From Eledone cirrhosa (lineage: Eukaryota): 64,000 nt of DNA. Position numbers and translations under genes: made by a program. The stretch lies in assembly GCA_964016885.1 (NCBI GenBank), contig OZ024740.1, positions 406,968,001-407,032,000 of the forward strand. The letters run 5' to 3'. Numbering within the stretch: the first letter of the stretch is position 1; the number at the start of each line of letters is the position of its first letter. The notes beneath the pieces were generated by a model, which was not told the DNA's origin, did no database searches, and saw only the letters and a list, made by a program, of their open reading frames with translations. This document shows positions 34,961-49,400 of this stretch, piece after piece.

Positions 34961-37848
34961 TTATGGTAGAATGATAGGAAAATATTTTATACACTAGATA
35001 TGAGAGAAAGTAGAAGGTAGGAAGCGAGTAATGGGGAGGGAGTCTTAGAATTCAAGACTGTCAGAGTAGTAGAGATTGTATAGAAGAAAATGTTTTGGCA
35101 GCAGTTAGCTAAATGAGGCATGTTAGGGTTGGCGGGGGGAGTAAATTCTTCTAGTGGTGGTGTTTGGACAACATTTAGTTAAAGGGGTCAATGTAGTACA
35201 GAATTACAGACAAGTTATTGGGGCTATTATAGTAGCAGGATATTTCTAAAGGGGTCTAAAAAACAGTGTTTAGTGCTATTATTATAAAAAGCCATATCGT
35301 GTGTATAAACATATAAAAATATGAAATAAAAATAAAAATAAAAATTTTCAAATGGTGGTGTAAAAAGATAACATTACATGCATTTAAAAAAAGAAAAAGT
35401 CGTTTTTAAACGATGGTTACAGTAAAGTGAACGTTCAATTTTGCTGTTCAAAAGTTTGTTTTCCGACGTTAAAATGCAGTATATCTCCATATTGCATAAT
35501 TTACAAAATCGGTGATTTTGCTTATATGCTGGCGCAACTATAAATAATTTGCCAATTAAGGGAGAATGCTTGATTGTTCTTCCGAAGCTGCCAGGCTTTA
35601 TCGGCGAGGGTTGTTACGGAGCGTATTTTCTCATGCTTGATCGAAGATCGATGTTGGTATAGGCGAGCTTTGAAAGATGTTGCGGTACATTCGACGTAAT
35701 ACCATTTGTTGGTTCCGGAATTTATTGTATATCGGTAGACAATATTGCGTGCTAGGCATTGGTTATTCAATGGGCACGAACCTGGTTTAGTGCAGTTACA
35801 GTTATTTTTATGTTTTGTAGTAGTATCCTGAATAGTTTGGTGGGGTTGTAGCTGCGTGTTAGTGCGTTGTATGTCGCTATGCTGGTGCGCTGTGTTATTA
35901 GGGATGTACTTATTTAGTATTGTTGAGTTGAGTTTTTTAATTAGTTGTTCTATGTTAGGTGCAGTGGAGTATGAGAGTCTAATGGTGCGCGAGTTTAAGA
36001 TTTTATAGTATTTATGTGAAGTTGTAAAGTGTTTATTGATCAGTGTATAGAATTGTGAGATAATCTTAGTGCTAATAGAAATATTGTACACGGGGTTATA
36101 CCATATGTACTCTCTACGTCTAACTCTATTTGTTGGTTTGCACCTATTATTATGCCTATTAATGTGTCTGTATGGTGCAATACTAGTTCGACTTAGGTAC
36201 TATGAATAAATCACATCTATGTGGTTATCTTCTAGATATTCTATTTTCTCGCAGTAACCAGCTTTTCTAAGTGCATCGTTATAATACTCAACATGCTCGT
36301 TGAAGGTCTGCAAATTAGACGATAGTCGGGAGATCCTTAGGGATAGATTTAATAATGGAATGGGGATGGTTCGATCTTACATTAACGTACTTGAGATTCT
36401 CATTAAGTTTGTGAAATGGCTTTATATTACCGTTATTAAGGTTGAAGGTGACATCCAAGAAATTGACCACTTTAAGATTGTGTTCGAAGGTAATACTAAG
36501 TCCTAGTTCTAAGAAAAGTTTCCTAATGTTTTTACGTCGCCTTTCTAGGTTTTGTTTGTTCATATTTTTTACTAATAGGAGTGCATTATCACGGTAGATT
36601 CCACCGTGGAGGTCAATAAATTCGCTCTGGAGTCTGTGAGTTATATAGATTCCAACCAAATCTGTAACTTCCGCTGAATCATTAGAACCCATCGTAATGT
36701 CAAATTCTGAGGGTCTATCTTTGCGGACCCAATAACTATTTTCAAAATGGACTACTGTGCGTCTAGCTTCAAGTATAACATTAATATCCTCGTTTGTGAG
36801 GTCCGAGTTGGGCTTAGCTAATGAGAGGGCCTTATGCAGAGTTTCAGGTGAAATAGAGGAATAGTATTCATCTATATCGAATTGAATAAAAGATTTGTTT
36901 TTGTCACTGATGTTATTGAACCAACTTATTGCCTGTTGAGTATTACCCCATAATTTAATATCTACCTTAGCCTTAACTTGGGGGATAATACGATCTAATA
37001 TGTACTTACTGATTCTACCTATATCAGATTTTGAAGGACATATTAATCTAATTTTAGGGTTAGTATCGAAGTTAGCCTTATGGTCCTTCAAATTAAAAGT
37101 CGGTGTAGCTGAAGATAGGGGTTCCGTTCTGTCGTCGATTTTCAGTTTCTTAACAATATCACATGCTGCGTTATTAATGTTGGTTAGTGTAGTTGCGTTT
37201 GTTTTTTTGTACTTCGTATGTAATTCCTGACGTATAAAATTATTATACGTTTCTACATCTAGGGTATATAGATTCGATGTTTTGTCTGCCTTTATAATAA
37301 TTCCTTTGGTATTTCTCAGGTTGTCGAGTAGAGTTTTAATCTCCCGTTGCAGTTCGTTTTTCCTTCCGTTTGCAAATTTGATTCCGGTTATCATTTTCAT
37401 TAAGTCTTGCTCGAAAGAATCCAGAAGAGGGTTAGAGGGTGGGTTTTTATAGGATTTGAAACCAAACTTATCGTTGTTGGTGTCGGAAGTTTGTGTAATC
37501 CTATTCCTATCGAAGTGAAAGGCCTTCCATCTAAATCGCCGAATAAATTCGTTGGTCCTTTGTATCATACCAAGAATGTATTCTTTTTTTACCTTGAATG
37601 GGTATGTTTTTTAAGGACATACGACAATGATGTTTTTCCATTTCGGAGACGTAGGTTGATAGGTTACTCGACTGTAAAGGAGTGTTAAGAATTAATAAAT
37701 CTGTACTCCAATGTTACTAGGTAGTCGCATTGGATGGAGTCAACCGACGTCGGAGATTGCTCAACGTATAATAAAATGTGCTTTAAAATCCGGAGAAAAT
37801 ATGAAGAAGAAGTTTATGAAACGGAAATGCGGGTATAAAGAATTAATT

Positions 37849-37965
37849 AGGTAACAATTGTTTCTATAGTGTGTGGGTTACCTATACCTCACTATTTGTA
37901 TAATATAAAAATATTATCATAAATCGTAGGTACACTGTAAGAGAACACACCATGTCGTCAGACCT
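37849..37965 (-). ncRNA. Hammerhead ribozyme with 90-nt extended stem II (pseudo-LTR copy 2)
   Basis: Same motif 3005 bp from copy 1. Confidence 0.7.
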
Positions 37966-38553
37966 TTATGGTAGAATGATAGGAAAATATTTTATACACT
38001 AGATATGAGAGAAAGTAGAAGGTAGGAAGCGAGTAATGGGGAGGGAGTCTTAGAATTCAAGACTGTCAGAGTAGTAGAGATTGTATAGAAGAAAATGTTT
38101 TGGCAGCAGTTAGCTAAATGAGGCGTGTTAGGGTTGGCGGGGGGAGTAAATTCTTCTAGTGGTGTTGTTTGGACAACATTTAGTTAAAGGGGTCAATGTA
38201 GTACAGAATTACAGACAAGTTATTGGGGCTATTATAGTAGCAGGATATTTCTAAAGGGGTCTAAAAAACAGTGTTTAGTGCTATTATTATAAAAAGCCAT
38301 ATCGTGTGTATAAACATATAAAAATATGAAATAAAAATAAAATAAAAATTTTCAAATGGTGGTGTAAAAAGATAACATTACATGCATTTAAAAAAAGAAA
38401 AAGTCGTTTTTAAACGATGGTTACAGTAAAGTGAACGTTCAATTTTGCTGTTCAAAAGTTTGTTTTCCGACGTTAAAATGCAGTATATCTCCATATTGCA
38501 TAATTTACAAAATCGGTGATTTTGCTTATATGCTGGCGCAACTATAAATAATT

Positions 38554-38740
38554 GTTTCTACTTTTGGCACAAGGCCAGCAATTATTCCAGTATATTACTG
38601 GTACTTTATTTTATCGACCCCGTAAGGATGAAAGGCAAAGTTAACCTCGGCGGGATTTGAACTCAGATCGTAAAGGGACGTAACTATGCTGGAAAGCATG
38701 TCCGACACACTACCGATACTGCCAACTCACCGCCCTGTAC
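38554..38740 (-). mobile_element. SINE family A inserted into the Penelope repeat, 18-bp TSD
   Basis: gcgcaactataaataatt at 38536-38553 and 38741-38758; the other repeat copy (35532-35549) has the empty site. Confidence 0.92.
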
Positions 38741-38921
38741 GCGCAACTATAAATAATTTGCCAATTAAGGGAGAATGCTTGATTGTTCTTCCGAAGCTGC
38801 CAGGCTTTATCGGCGAGGGTTGTTACGGAGCGCATTTTCTCATGCTTGATCGAAGATCGATGTTGGTATAGGCAAGCTTTGAAAGATGTTGTGGTACATC
38901 CGACGTAATACCATTTGTATG

Positions 38922-38970
<49 letters not shown>

Positions 38971-40102
38971 CTGCTTGTATGTGTATGTACGTACACACAC
39001 ACACACACACACACGTGATCAAGCAAGTTTCATATGCCAAAGTGAAGAGCACCCAATATAATGACTATAGAGCTAATTTATATGATATTTTTTACAATTA
39101 TAGGATCCTTGTCAAATCACACTACTACAAATACACTGTAATAGGTTGAATACCTATCATCAGCATTAGTTGACAACTCTCCGGAAAAACAAATATCTCT
39201 TTTCAGGAAAGCAAGTGGTGAATTGTCAACTGATGTACTTAGCCATTGTGATTGTCTTTGAAACCAATAGTAGTTTTTCACAAGGATTCTATAATCACAA
39301 TCATCATCATCATCATAATTTTACATCAATCTTTTCATGGCTCATTACAGACTAAGCCATTAATTAACTGGAGCTACCGTCATAGGAGACAGGTCAGAGG
39401 ACCAGGTCTTGCTTAGATACATTCGCTTTTGGTATGGTTTCAACAGCTGGAAGTCTTTCCTGATGACAACCACTGTAATATGTATATCTATCATCCTCAT
39501 TATTTTCATGTCTGCTTTTCCTTATTTGCAGTATGTTTATCCGGATCAGTCGACAGGCTAACTTTGCCTATCCTCCTTTTGGGGTCGATAAAATAGTTTC
39601 AATTCAGGATGATGGAATTGTTTTAGCATTAGACACAAAGCCTTTTGGTATTTGTTCAGGCTCTTTGAATTCTAAGTTCAAATCTCCCTGTGGACTTCTT
39701 GTTTGGCACACTCAAAATACTGCCTGGTTTAACACCACTACCCAACCCATATGGAAATTAACTGTTGTGTGGCCAGAAAGCTGACCAGGTCTCCAGTTTG
39801 TGAATACTTTCTTCCCTCTCTACAAGAGGCTCTGAAAATTGCCATGGGCAGTGGCCCTTCCTCTTAACTAGACTGTCGAAAAATAAAAATTTCTACTTCT
39901 TCCATAATCAACTGTTATATATTTATCGATCAGAGAAATTCAGTCTTTGACTCACCTGGTAAAGTGGAGTAGCACAAGATATCATTTAAGCACAGGGGAG
40001 AAATGCAAAGCTGTGAAATAATGCTAATCATATTTTTGGTAATGTGGTGCATTTCCTTCCTGTTTTATATCTCGCTAGAGAGTAACATTGTGGCCCTGGA
40101 TT

Positions 40103-40262
40103 CATCATCATCATCGTTTAACGTCCATCTTCCACGCTAGCATGGGTTAGACATGATTGTCCCACTTGAGGCAAGATTGGTCGGGTGACCATGTTTCGCT
40201 TGTATAGAACTGTATCTGGAAGGTTTTCTATGGCTAGATGCCCTTCCTAACACCAACCATTA
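40103..40262 (-). mobile_element. RTE 3' UTR fragment
   Basis: (CAT)n-cgtttaacgtccatcttccacgctagcatgggtt...gatgcccttcctaacaccaacca. Confidence 0.75.
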
Positions 40263-41273
40263 TATATAATTACCTGTTATTATATGTTGAGCCCCTTTGT
40301 GTGAAATACACTTCAATTAAGTTGAGATGTACTCTGTTAACTTCATGTAAGTCTTAAAAGACAGAAACATGCACACGTGTGTGTGTGGGTGTGTGTGTGT
40401 ATACATGTATTTGTATACATAGATGTGTGTGTGTGTGTATGGATACATGTGTGAGTACAAACAAAAGACCATAGTAATGAATATATGATGTAGAAGTTGA
40501 GAATATTTATATTAACAGTTTGACTTATTGATGCTTTATCAGCAGCTTCTTAGACATAAACATGTCTAATTCTTTCAGATACTTTTTAGTAAGCAGCAAG
40601 AAAAGTTGTTAGTGTTAGGCTCATGTTCATGAATTTGATTCTCAGATCATGGTGTTCTTGAGCAAGACACTTTATTTCATGCTGCTCCAATCCAATCAGT
40701 GGGTAAATATGAGTTGTAATGACACTAGTGCCAAGCTGTCTTGCTGTATTAGTCTATATCTTTTCCTGGAGGCTGACAAGATTGGGCAATTGCTGCTCTT
40801 CCACAAAACCATGAAAGATCTCCCCAGGTGTGTGCCTTGGAGAGGATCTTTCCAAATGCAAAACCCATGGTCAGTCATGAATAAAATGTCTCCTCCCTCC
40901 CTTCCAGGTGCCATTCAAGGAGAAAAAAACCCAAAACCACATGGTTGTGAGCCAAACTACCTAACCAAACAGCCGTGTGTGTGTGCAGTTTATACTTAAA
41001 CATTGGGTCCAACAAAAGGTGCTTTGTTTTGTTGGAAAACACACCAAGCGTTAAGAATATGGAAACATTTTTATATCTATTGATGAGTGAATGTGTGTTA
41101 TAGGATAGACGGTGTTGGTGATGATGATGGAATATTTGAAAGATTGTGGGAGTATAGAAAATAAATAGATAGAAAGACATGAAGAAGGAAGTGGAAGCAA
41201 CAATGATTACACTGATGTATACACTGCTGTCCATATGTGTACATGCATATATATATATGTGTTTCTGTGTGGT

Positions 41274-44200
41274 CATCATCATCATCATCATCAACGTTTA
41301 ACGTCCGTGATCCACGCTTGCATGGGTTTGGACGGGGTGTATTTTGTTAGAGATGCCTACTGACTGTAGTAGGTTTTACTTTGTATTTAGGTAAGGCGGG
41401 TCTTCTCTATTACTGAGTACCGCCAAAGGTCTCGGTCCAATGACATTGTCTTGGTGAGGTGTAAGTGTGTGAGGTCGGAATTTATCAGCTCGTCCCAGGT
41501 TTTTCTGGGTCTGCCTATTCCGTGGCTACCGTCTATCTTTATTGCCCTGCACTTTGTTATACAGCTGTCGTCTTTCATGCGCATCACGTGACCATACCAA
41601 CGTAGTCTTCTCTCGAGTAAACAACATCTCATCCCTCTTATTTCTAATTTTTTCCTTAGTTCGTTTATACTTTGCCGTTCACGTATATTACTATTACACA
41701 TCCAGCGGAGCATGCAAGCTTCGTTTCTCTCTAGTTTGCGTATATCCTCTGCACACAATGCCCAGGTCTCACTGCCATGCAACATTGCTGTTCGTATGCA
41801 GGCATCATAAAACCTGCCTTTCATTTTTAGGGAGAACCCTTTAGTGGCTAATAGTGGTATAAGCTCTCTGAACTTTTTCCATCCAGTTCTGACTCTAGCT
41901 ACAGTACTTTCAGAGCACCCTCCCCCACTGCTGATTTTGTCACCCAGGTAACGGAGGCTGTCCACTATTTCTATAGAACCCTCTGCGCAGTTGAAAGAGC
42001 TAGTATTCTGTGGGCTACTTATTGCACCAGAGCACTGGCCACATGTAAAATCTATGTTCTTAGTTAGCTTACCTGTGATCCCACTACATCTTTTATGCAC
42101 CCATACGTTGCATTTGGGACACAAAATGGAGTTTCTACCTACGCCTTTCCTACACACTGAGCATGGTCACTTCCCGGAAGGGACCGCCGCCTTATTTTCT
42201 TTCTTACAAACTAGAACTTTAGTCTTAGCCAGGTTAATTTTAAGGCCTTTTGACTCTAGGCCGTGCTTCCATGTTTGGAATTTCTTCTCTAGCTCGGCCA
42301 TTGATTCAGCTATGAGTGTCAGGTCATCTGCGTATAGGAGTTCCCATGGGCAACCGGTCTTGAACTCCTCTGTTATAGCCTGAAGGGCAATAATAAATAG
42401 TAGAGGGCTGAGAACAGAGCCCTGATGGACGCCAACTTTTACGCTAAACTCTTCACTATATTCGTTGTTAATTCTAACCTTGCTGACTGTTTCTTTATAC
42501 ATGGCTTGTATAGCTCTCACAAGCCATTCGTCAACACCTAGTTTTCTAAGAGCCCACCAGATAATGGAACGAGGGACTCTGTCAAAGGCTTTCTCCAAGT
42601 CGACAAAAGCTAAGTATAGGGGTTTACTTTTAGCTAGGTACTTCTCTTGTAGTTGTCGTACAATGAAAAGAGCGTCTGTGGTACTTTTGTCTGACACAAA
42701 CCCGAACTGCATTTCATCTAGATCAATTCTCTCTCTGATTAGTTGCGCTATTACTTTTTCCGTGACCTTCATGACCTGGTCGATTAATTTAATGCCTCTA
42801 TAGTTACTCCTATCTAGGGCATCTCCTTTACCCTTATAACAGTTAACAATGATGCTGCTACACCAGTCCTTCGGAACAACCCCATTCTGTACGACTTGGT
42901 TAACTATCCGGGTGACCATGGTGTGTCCCACCGTACCAGATGCCTTCAGCATCTCGGCAACTATTTCCGAAGGCCCAGCCGCCTTACCCGTCTTCATATC
43001 TTTGATTGCCTTACTTATTATACTACCCTCGACTAACACTGCTGGTCCCTCTATTGGGTCGATGTGGGGGAGACTGTCTTTCTCCCATTTATTCTCCTCA
43101 TTTAGTAGCCTTTCATAGTGACACTTCCAAGCTACCTTCTTATCAGCATCGGTGATGGCAAGTACGCCGTCATCATTAAGTACACACTTCTCCCCGACAA
43201 TATCATGGTTTTCCTTGACACATTGCCTAGCAATCCTGAACACCTCACGTTTTTGGTCCTCGCGTTGTAGAACATGCTTGAACTTTCTTTCCTCTGCTTC
43301 CCTTCTTACGAAATACACTTGTCTCCTAGCTTCCCTCCTGGCCACTTGATAGTCTTCTCTGCTTCCCCCATCCCGCCATACTTTCCAAGCCTGCTTTTTG
43401 GCCTTAATTGACCCCTCCACCTTACTGTTCCACCACCATGTTACTCTCCTCCTGCCTACAGGCCTGCTCCAGCCAGAGACTTCGTCTGCCGCCATCAGCA
43501 GGTTTGCTTTCAGGAATTTCCACTGCTCCTCTATATTGTACGACTCTAATTGCTCTTCATTACTGTCGAAAGCATCAAGTAGTATACTTTTGAATTTATT
43601 TCTGGCTGTGGGGTCCTTTAGCTTCCATATTTTTCTCCTGTGGATAGTCCTCTTCTGTTGTCTAGTACGTCTCGTCCTGACTATTAGGTCGCTAATTATC
43701 AGTCTATGTTGGGAGGTGCATTCTTCATGGGGGAGGGATTTAGTGTTTACAACAGACACTCTGTCACGTCTTCTGGTAAGGATATAATCTACCTGGCTTG
43801 TGTGTTCCCCCGATCTATAGGTGATCAGGTGATTGTCACGTTTTTTGAAGTTAGTGTTACAGATAGTTAGGTTATTTGCGTCACAGAATTCCAGGATTCT
43901 GGAGCCTTCCTCATTTCTAGTACCAAACCCATAGCCTCCATGGATTTCGTCGTAGCCGTCACAATGTTGTCCAACGTGACCATTTAGGTCGCCTGCAATA
44001 ATTATATAGTCACTGTCGGTTATTTGGGATGTAGTGAGCATCAGTGTCTCATAGAATCTGTCTTTTATAGTGCCGGGCAGTCCGGATTGGGGTGCGTACG
44101 CAGATATTACTGTCACCGTAGTTCTATTGAGGACAAGTCTTATTTTAATTATTCTGTCGTTCACTCTATTTACGTCTATTATCTTATCTGCCCACTTTTC

Positions 44201-44325
44201 TGCTATCATGATTCCTACTCCACCCAGCCCGTTGTCATTTCCCACCCAGAAAAGCTTATAGCATCGTTTTTTACCCACAATGAATCTAGCAGACCCACCC
44301 CTCCACCTGGTCTCTTGAATACAGT
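41274..44325 (-). mobile_element. RTE-clade LINE, subfamily A, nearly intact ORF, slightly 5'-truncated, 3' UTR deleted internally
   Basis: ORFs 42167-44395 and 41387-42157 are in one frame separated by a single TGA (Trp codon in other copies); starts at CIQETRW; UTR jumps from ggacgggg to tgtattttgttagag. Confidence 0.95.
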
Positions 44326-45094
44326 GTATGCATATGTGTGCATATGTATGCATGTATACATATAGATAGAAAATGGTAACAGAATAGGTATCCAATAAAC
44401 AGAATTATTTATGAAATTAATTTCTCACTGTCTCTTGCATCGATTGTTTCATACATTTATTTAATTACCTATGAGGTTGGGTATATTTGAACGTATCTTA
44501 TATGATTCCTGTTTATTGCTGCAAGAGATAAAGATGGTGCCTCTTTCTTTTATATTAACATCATATGACGTTGTCTGTACTCTCTTGTGATTATAACCAA
44601 CAAGAAGCAGTGATGACATTCATGACACTATGATAGAGCATCCATGCCTAAGGCTAATCCACAATTGATCAAGAAAGGTAGAAGATAAGTTTTGTTATTC
44701 AGGTGATAAGCACGAAGTGTTATTTTAGTAGCTAGATACTTAGAGATATGTTGAAAGCTACTGTCAGTATCAATAATACTAAGTTTTTTTCTGTGTATGA
44801 AAAAGCAATTTGTATTGCACATGCAATATATGTATGATAATACCTTAGTTGTAATTTAAAGACCTATACAATCTAGATATCGATGGACTTCTGTCAGTTT
44901 CAATGATGAATTTTCCAGTTGTTCGATCAATGGAACAGCCTGCTCATGAAATTAATGTATAAGTGGTTGAACATTTCACAGACACTTGCACCCTTAAATT
45001 AATTCCCAGGGAGATTGTGCAACATATTGTGTGACAATGCTAGCTCTTTGAATTACAGATACAGTCTATCAGACAGGCTTCTGAACAGTCTGTC

Positions 45095-45232
45095 TTCCCA
45101 ATTTCACTCACAAGGCCTAGGTTAACCTGTGGTTGTGGTAAATGACACTTGCCCAAGATGCCATGCAGTGGGATCAAACCCTGGACTTTATCATTGCAAA
45201 GTGAACCGCTTAACCATTTAGCCATGCTGCAT
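45095..45232 (-). mobile_element. Old tRNA/CORE-type SINE
   Basis: Reverse complement: gcatggctaaatggttaag...ggtttgatccc...cttgggcaagtgtc. Confidence 0.6.
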
Positions 45233-45446
45233 CCACATGTCTAGAAATAAGTGTGTGTAGAGATGTCAACATGAATGGACCTGTTATTTTTATCTCAAGA
45301 CATTTTTTCCAATTCCATCCCACCCATCCCCTCAATCTATCTTATCTCTCATTCTTTCTTCTGCTATATCAAGCGTTAACCTAATATATCCCTTCCATAT
45401 ACTGTACCAATTGTGTTATTTCTGTATATCTTTTACATATATATAT

Positions 45447-45788
45447 GGAGGCACATGGCTTAGTGGTTAGAGCATTGGCCTTGCAATCGAAAGGTTGTGA
45501 GTTCAATTCTCAGACCTGGTGATGTGTTGTTTCCTTGAGCAAGACACTTTATTTCACATTGCTCCAGTTTACTCAGCCGTAGAAATGAGATGATAGGGAC
45601 TGGGGTCCCTATCATTCCACTGCAAAGTGGTCGTGGAGGTGCCACGGCAAAAAGCACCCAGCACTCACTGTAAATGAGGTTGGTGTTAGGAAGGGCATCC
45701 AGCTGTAGAAATCAAGCTAGAATCAGTTCCCGTCCCACCCTTGCAAGCAGGGAAAAAGCGGACGTAAAATGAAATGATGATGATGATG
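45447..45788 (+). mobile_element. tRNA-CORE SINE family B, full length
   Basis: Near-identical to 34454-34790; begins ggaggcacatggcttagtgg; (ATG)n tail. Confidence 0.9.
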
Positions 45789-46205
45789 GAGAATATATAT
45801 CTTAAATATATTTGTTACTGAACCTACTAGAAATAGTCAGTATTTTGTGAAAGCTTTTTGGGTATGAAAATTAGTGCTTATTGTAAAAAGCTGCACTATC
45901 TTATGCTAAGGTTTACTGTTCAAGTTCAAACCTTCCTCTGAATATCATTCCTGCCTCCAGCTCTGGCATATAATAACCAATAGCATACTGGATGTAGTTT
46001 AATACATACCTCCCTTCCATTTAACAAAAATAATTTTATGCTAAAAATATAATTGTTTATTCTGTCATGGATTCATCACTAGCAGTATTATCATCATTAT
46101 TTTATGTCCATTTTCCTTGCTAGCATGGTTTATTTAGCTTGTCATAGTCTAAGACTAGACAGGTAAGAGAGCCATGTCTTGCTAATGTTTCATTTTTGGC
46201 ATGGT

Positions 46206-46207
<2 letters not shown>

Positions 46208-46237
<30 letters not shown>

Positions 46238-46474
46238 TTCATTTTACGTCCGCTTTTTCCCTGCTTGCAAGGGTGGGATGGGAACTGATTCTGGTTTGAT
46301 TTCTACAGCTGGATACCCTTCCTAACACCAACCTCATTTACAGTGAGTGCTGGGTCCTTTTTTGCCGTGGCACCTCCACGACCACTTTGCAGTGGAATGA
46401 TAGGGACCCCAGTCTCTATCATCTCATTTCTACAGCTGAGTAAACTGGAGCAATGTGAAATAAAGTGTCTTGCT
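46208..46474 (-). mobile_element. SINE family B, 5'-truncated
   Basis: Reverse complement of about 45538-45788 with (CAT)n tail. Confidence 0.88.
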
Positions 46475-46499
46475 CTAAAACTGAATACCTTTCTATATG

Positions 46500-49400
46500 C
46501 CAACTACCTTACAGTGTACTGGGTGCATTTTAACGTGGAACTAACACTACTAACTTACAGTGTACTGGGTGCATTTTAACGTGGAACTAACACTACTACT
46601 TTACAGTGTACTGGGTGCATTTTAACGTGGAACTAACACTACTACTTTACAGTGTACTGGGTGCATTTTAACGTGGAACTAACACTACTACTTTACAGTG
46701 TACTGGGTGCATTTTAACGTGGAACTAACACTACTACTTTACAGTGTATTGGGTGCATTTTAACGTGGAACTAGCACTACTACTTTACAGTGTACTGGGT
46801 GCATTTTAATGTGGAACTAACGCTACTACTTTACAGTGTACTGGGTGCATTTTAACGTGAAACTAACACTACTACTTTACAGTGTACTGGGTGCATTTTA
46901 ATCTGGAACTAACACTACTATCTTACAGTGTACTGGATGCATTTTAACGTGTAACTAACACTACTACTTTACAGTGTACTGGGTGCATTTTAATGTGGAA
47001 CTAACACTACTGCCTTACAGTGTACTGGGTGCATTTTAACGTGGAACTAACAGTACTACCTTACAGTGTACTGGGTGCATTTTAATGTAGAACTAACACT
47101 ACTACCTTACAGTGTACTGGGTGCATTCTAACGTGGAACTAACACTACTATCTTACAGTGTACTGGGTGCATTTTAACGTGGAACTAACACTACTACTTT
47201 ACAGTGTACTGGGTGCATTTTAACGTGGAACTAACACTACTACTTTACAGTGTACTGGGTGCATTTTAACGTGGAACTAACACTACTACTTTACAGTGTA
47301 CTGGGTGCATTTTAACGTGGAACTAACACTACTAATTTACAGTGTACTGGGTGCATTTTAACGTGGAACTAACACTACTACTTTACAGTGTACTGGGTGC
47401 ATTTTAATGTGGAACCAACACTACTACTTTACAGTGTACTGGGTACATTTTAACGTGGAACTAACGCTAATACTTTACAGTGTACTGGGTGCATTTTAAT
47501 GTGGAACTAAAACTACTACTTTACAGTGTACTGGGTGCATTTTAACGTGGAACTAACACTACTACTTTACAGTGTACTGGGTGCATTTTAATGTGGAACT
47601 AACACTACTACCTTACAGTGTACTGGGTGCATTTTAATGTGGAACTAACACTACTACCTTACAGTGTACTGGGTGCATTTTAACGTGGAACTAACACTAC
47701 TACCTTACAGTGTACTGGGTGCATTTTAATGTGGAACTAACACTACTACCTTACAGTGTACTGGGTGCATTTTAATGTGGATCTAACACTACTACCTTAC
47801 AGTGTACTGGGTGCATTTTAACGTGGAACTAACACTACTACTTTACGGTGTACTGGGTGCATTTTAACGTGGAACTAACACTACTACTTTACGGTGTACT
47901 GGGTGCATTTTAATGTGGAACTAACGCTACTACCTTACAGTGTACTGGGTGCATTTTAACGTGGAACTAACACTACTACCTTACAATGTACTGGGTGCAT
48001 TTTAACGTGGAACTAACAGTACTACTTTGCAGTGTACTGGGTGCATTTAAACGTGGAACTAACGCTACTACTTTACAGTGTACTGGGTGCATTTTAATGT
48101 GGAACTAACACTACTACTTTACAGTGTACTGGGTGCATTTTAACGTGGAACTAACACTACTACTTTACAGTGTACTGGGTGCATTTTAACGTGGAACTAA
48201 CACTACTACTTTACAGTGTACTGGGTGCATTTTAATGTGGAACTAACGCTACTACTTTACAGTGTACTGGGTGCATTTTAATGTGGAACTAACACTACTG
48301 CCTTACAGTGTACTGCGTGCATTTTAATGTGGAACTAACACTACTACCTTACAGTGTACTGGGTGCATTTTAATGTGGAACTAACACTGCTATCTTACAG
48401 TGTACTGGGTGCATTTTAACGTGGAACTAACACTACTACCGTACAGTGTACTGGGTGCATTCTAACGTGGAACTAACACTACTATCTTACAGTGTACTGG
48501 GTGCATTTTAACGTGGAACTAACACTACTACTTTACAGTGTACTGGGTGCATTTTAACGTGGAACTAACACTACTACTTTACAGTGTACCGGGTGCATTT
48601 TAACGTGGAACTAACACTACTACTTTACAGTGTACTGGGTGCATTTTAACGTGGAACTAACACTACTACTTTACAGTGTACTGGGTGCATTTTAATGTGG
48701 AACTAACGCTACTATTTTACAGTGTACTGGGTGCATTTTAACGTGGAACTAACACTACTACTTTACAGTGTACTGGGTGCATTTTAATGTGGAACTAACG
48801 CTACTATTTTACAGTGTACTGGGTGCATTTTAACGTGGAACTAACACTAATACTTTACAGTGTACAGGGTGCATTTTAATGTGGAACTAACACTACTACC
48901 TTACAATGTACTGGGTGCATTTTAATGTGGAACTAACACTACTACCTTACAGTGTACTGGGTGCATTTTAACGTGGAACTAACACTACTACCTTACAGTG
49001 TACTGTGTGTATTTTAATGTGGAACTAACACTACTACCTTACAGTGTACTGGGTGCATTTTTATGTGGAAATAACACTACTACCTTACAGTGTACTGGGT
49101 GCATTTTAACGTGGAACTAACACTACTACCTTACAGTGTACTGGGTGCATTTTAATGTGGAACTAACACTACTACCTTGCAGTGTACTGGGTGCATTTTA
49201 ACGTGGAACTAAGACTACTACTTTACAGTGTACTGGGTGCATTTTAACGTGGAACTAACACTACTACTTTACAGTGTACTGGGTGCATTTTAACGTGGAA
49301 CTAACACTACTACTTTACAGTGTACTGGGTGCATTTTAATGTGGAACTAACGCTACTACTTTACAGTGTACTGGGTGCAATTTAACGTGGTACTAACGCT

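Larger units (their letters stand above)
34796..38918 (-). mobile_element. Penelope-like element, full length with direct pseudo-LTRs, inactivated
   Basis: ORF from about 37641 (MEKHHCRMSLKNIP..RFRWKAF), RT (FIQFDIDEYYSSI, MGSNDSAEV, IYRDN), CNC-C-C linker and GIY-YIG (35522-36091); 34796-35709 repeated directly at 37801-38918; frameshifts and YRDD to YRDN change. Confidence 0.93.

Noticed and set aside
39601-39680. Next NCS exon (cag|GATGATGGA)
   Set aside because: Translation does not give DGxIxFxEF; it looks like a decayed SINE head.
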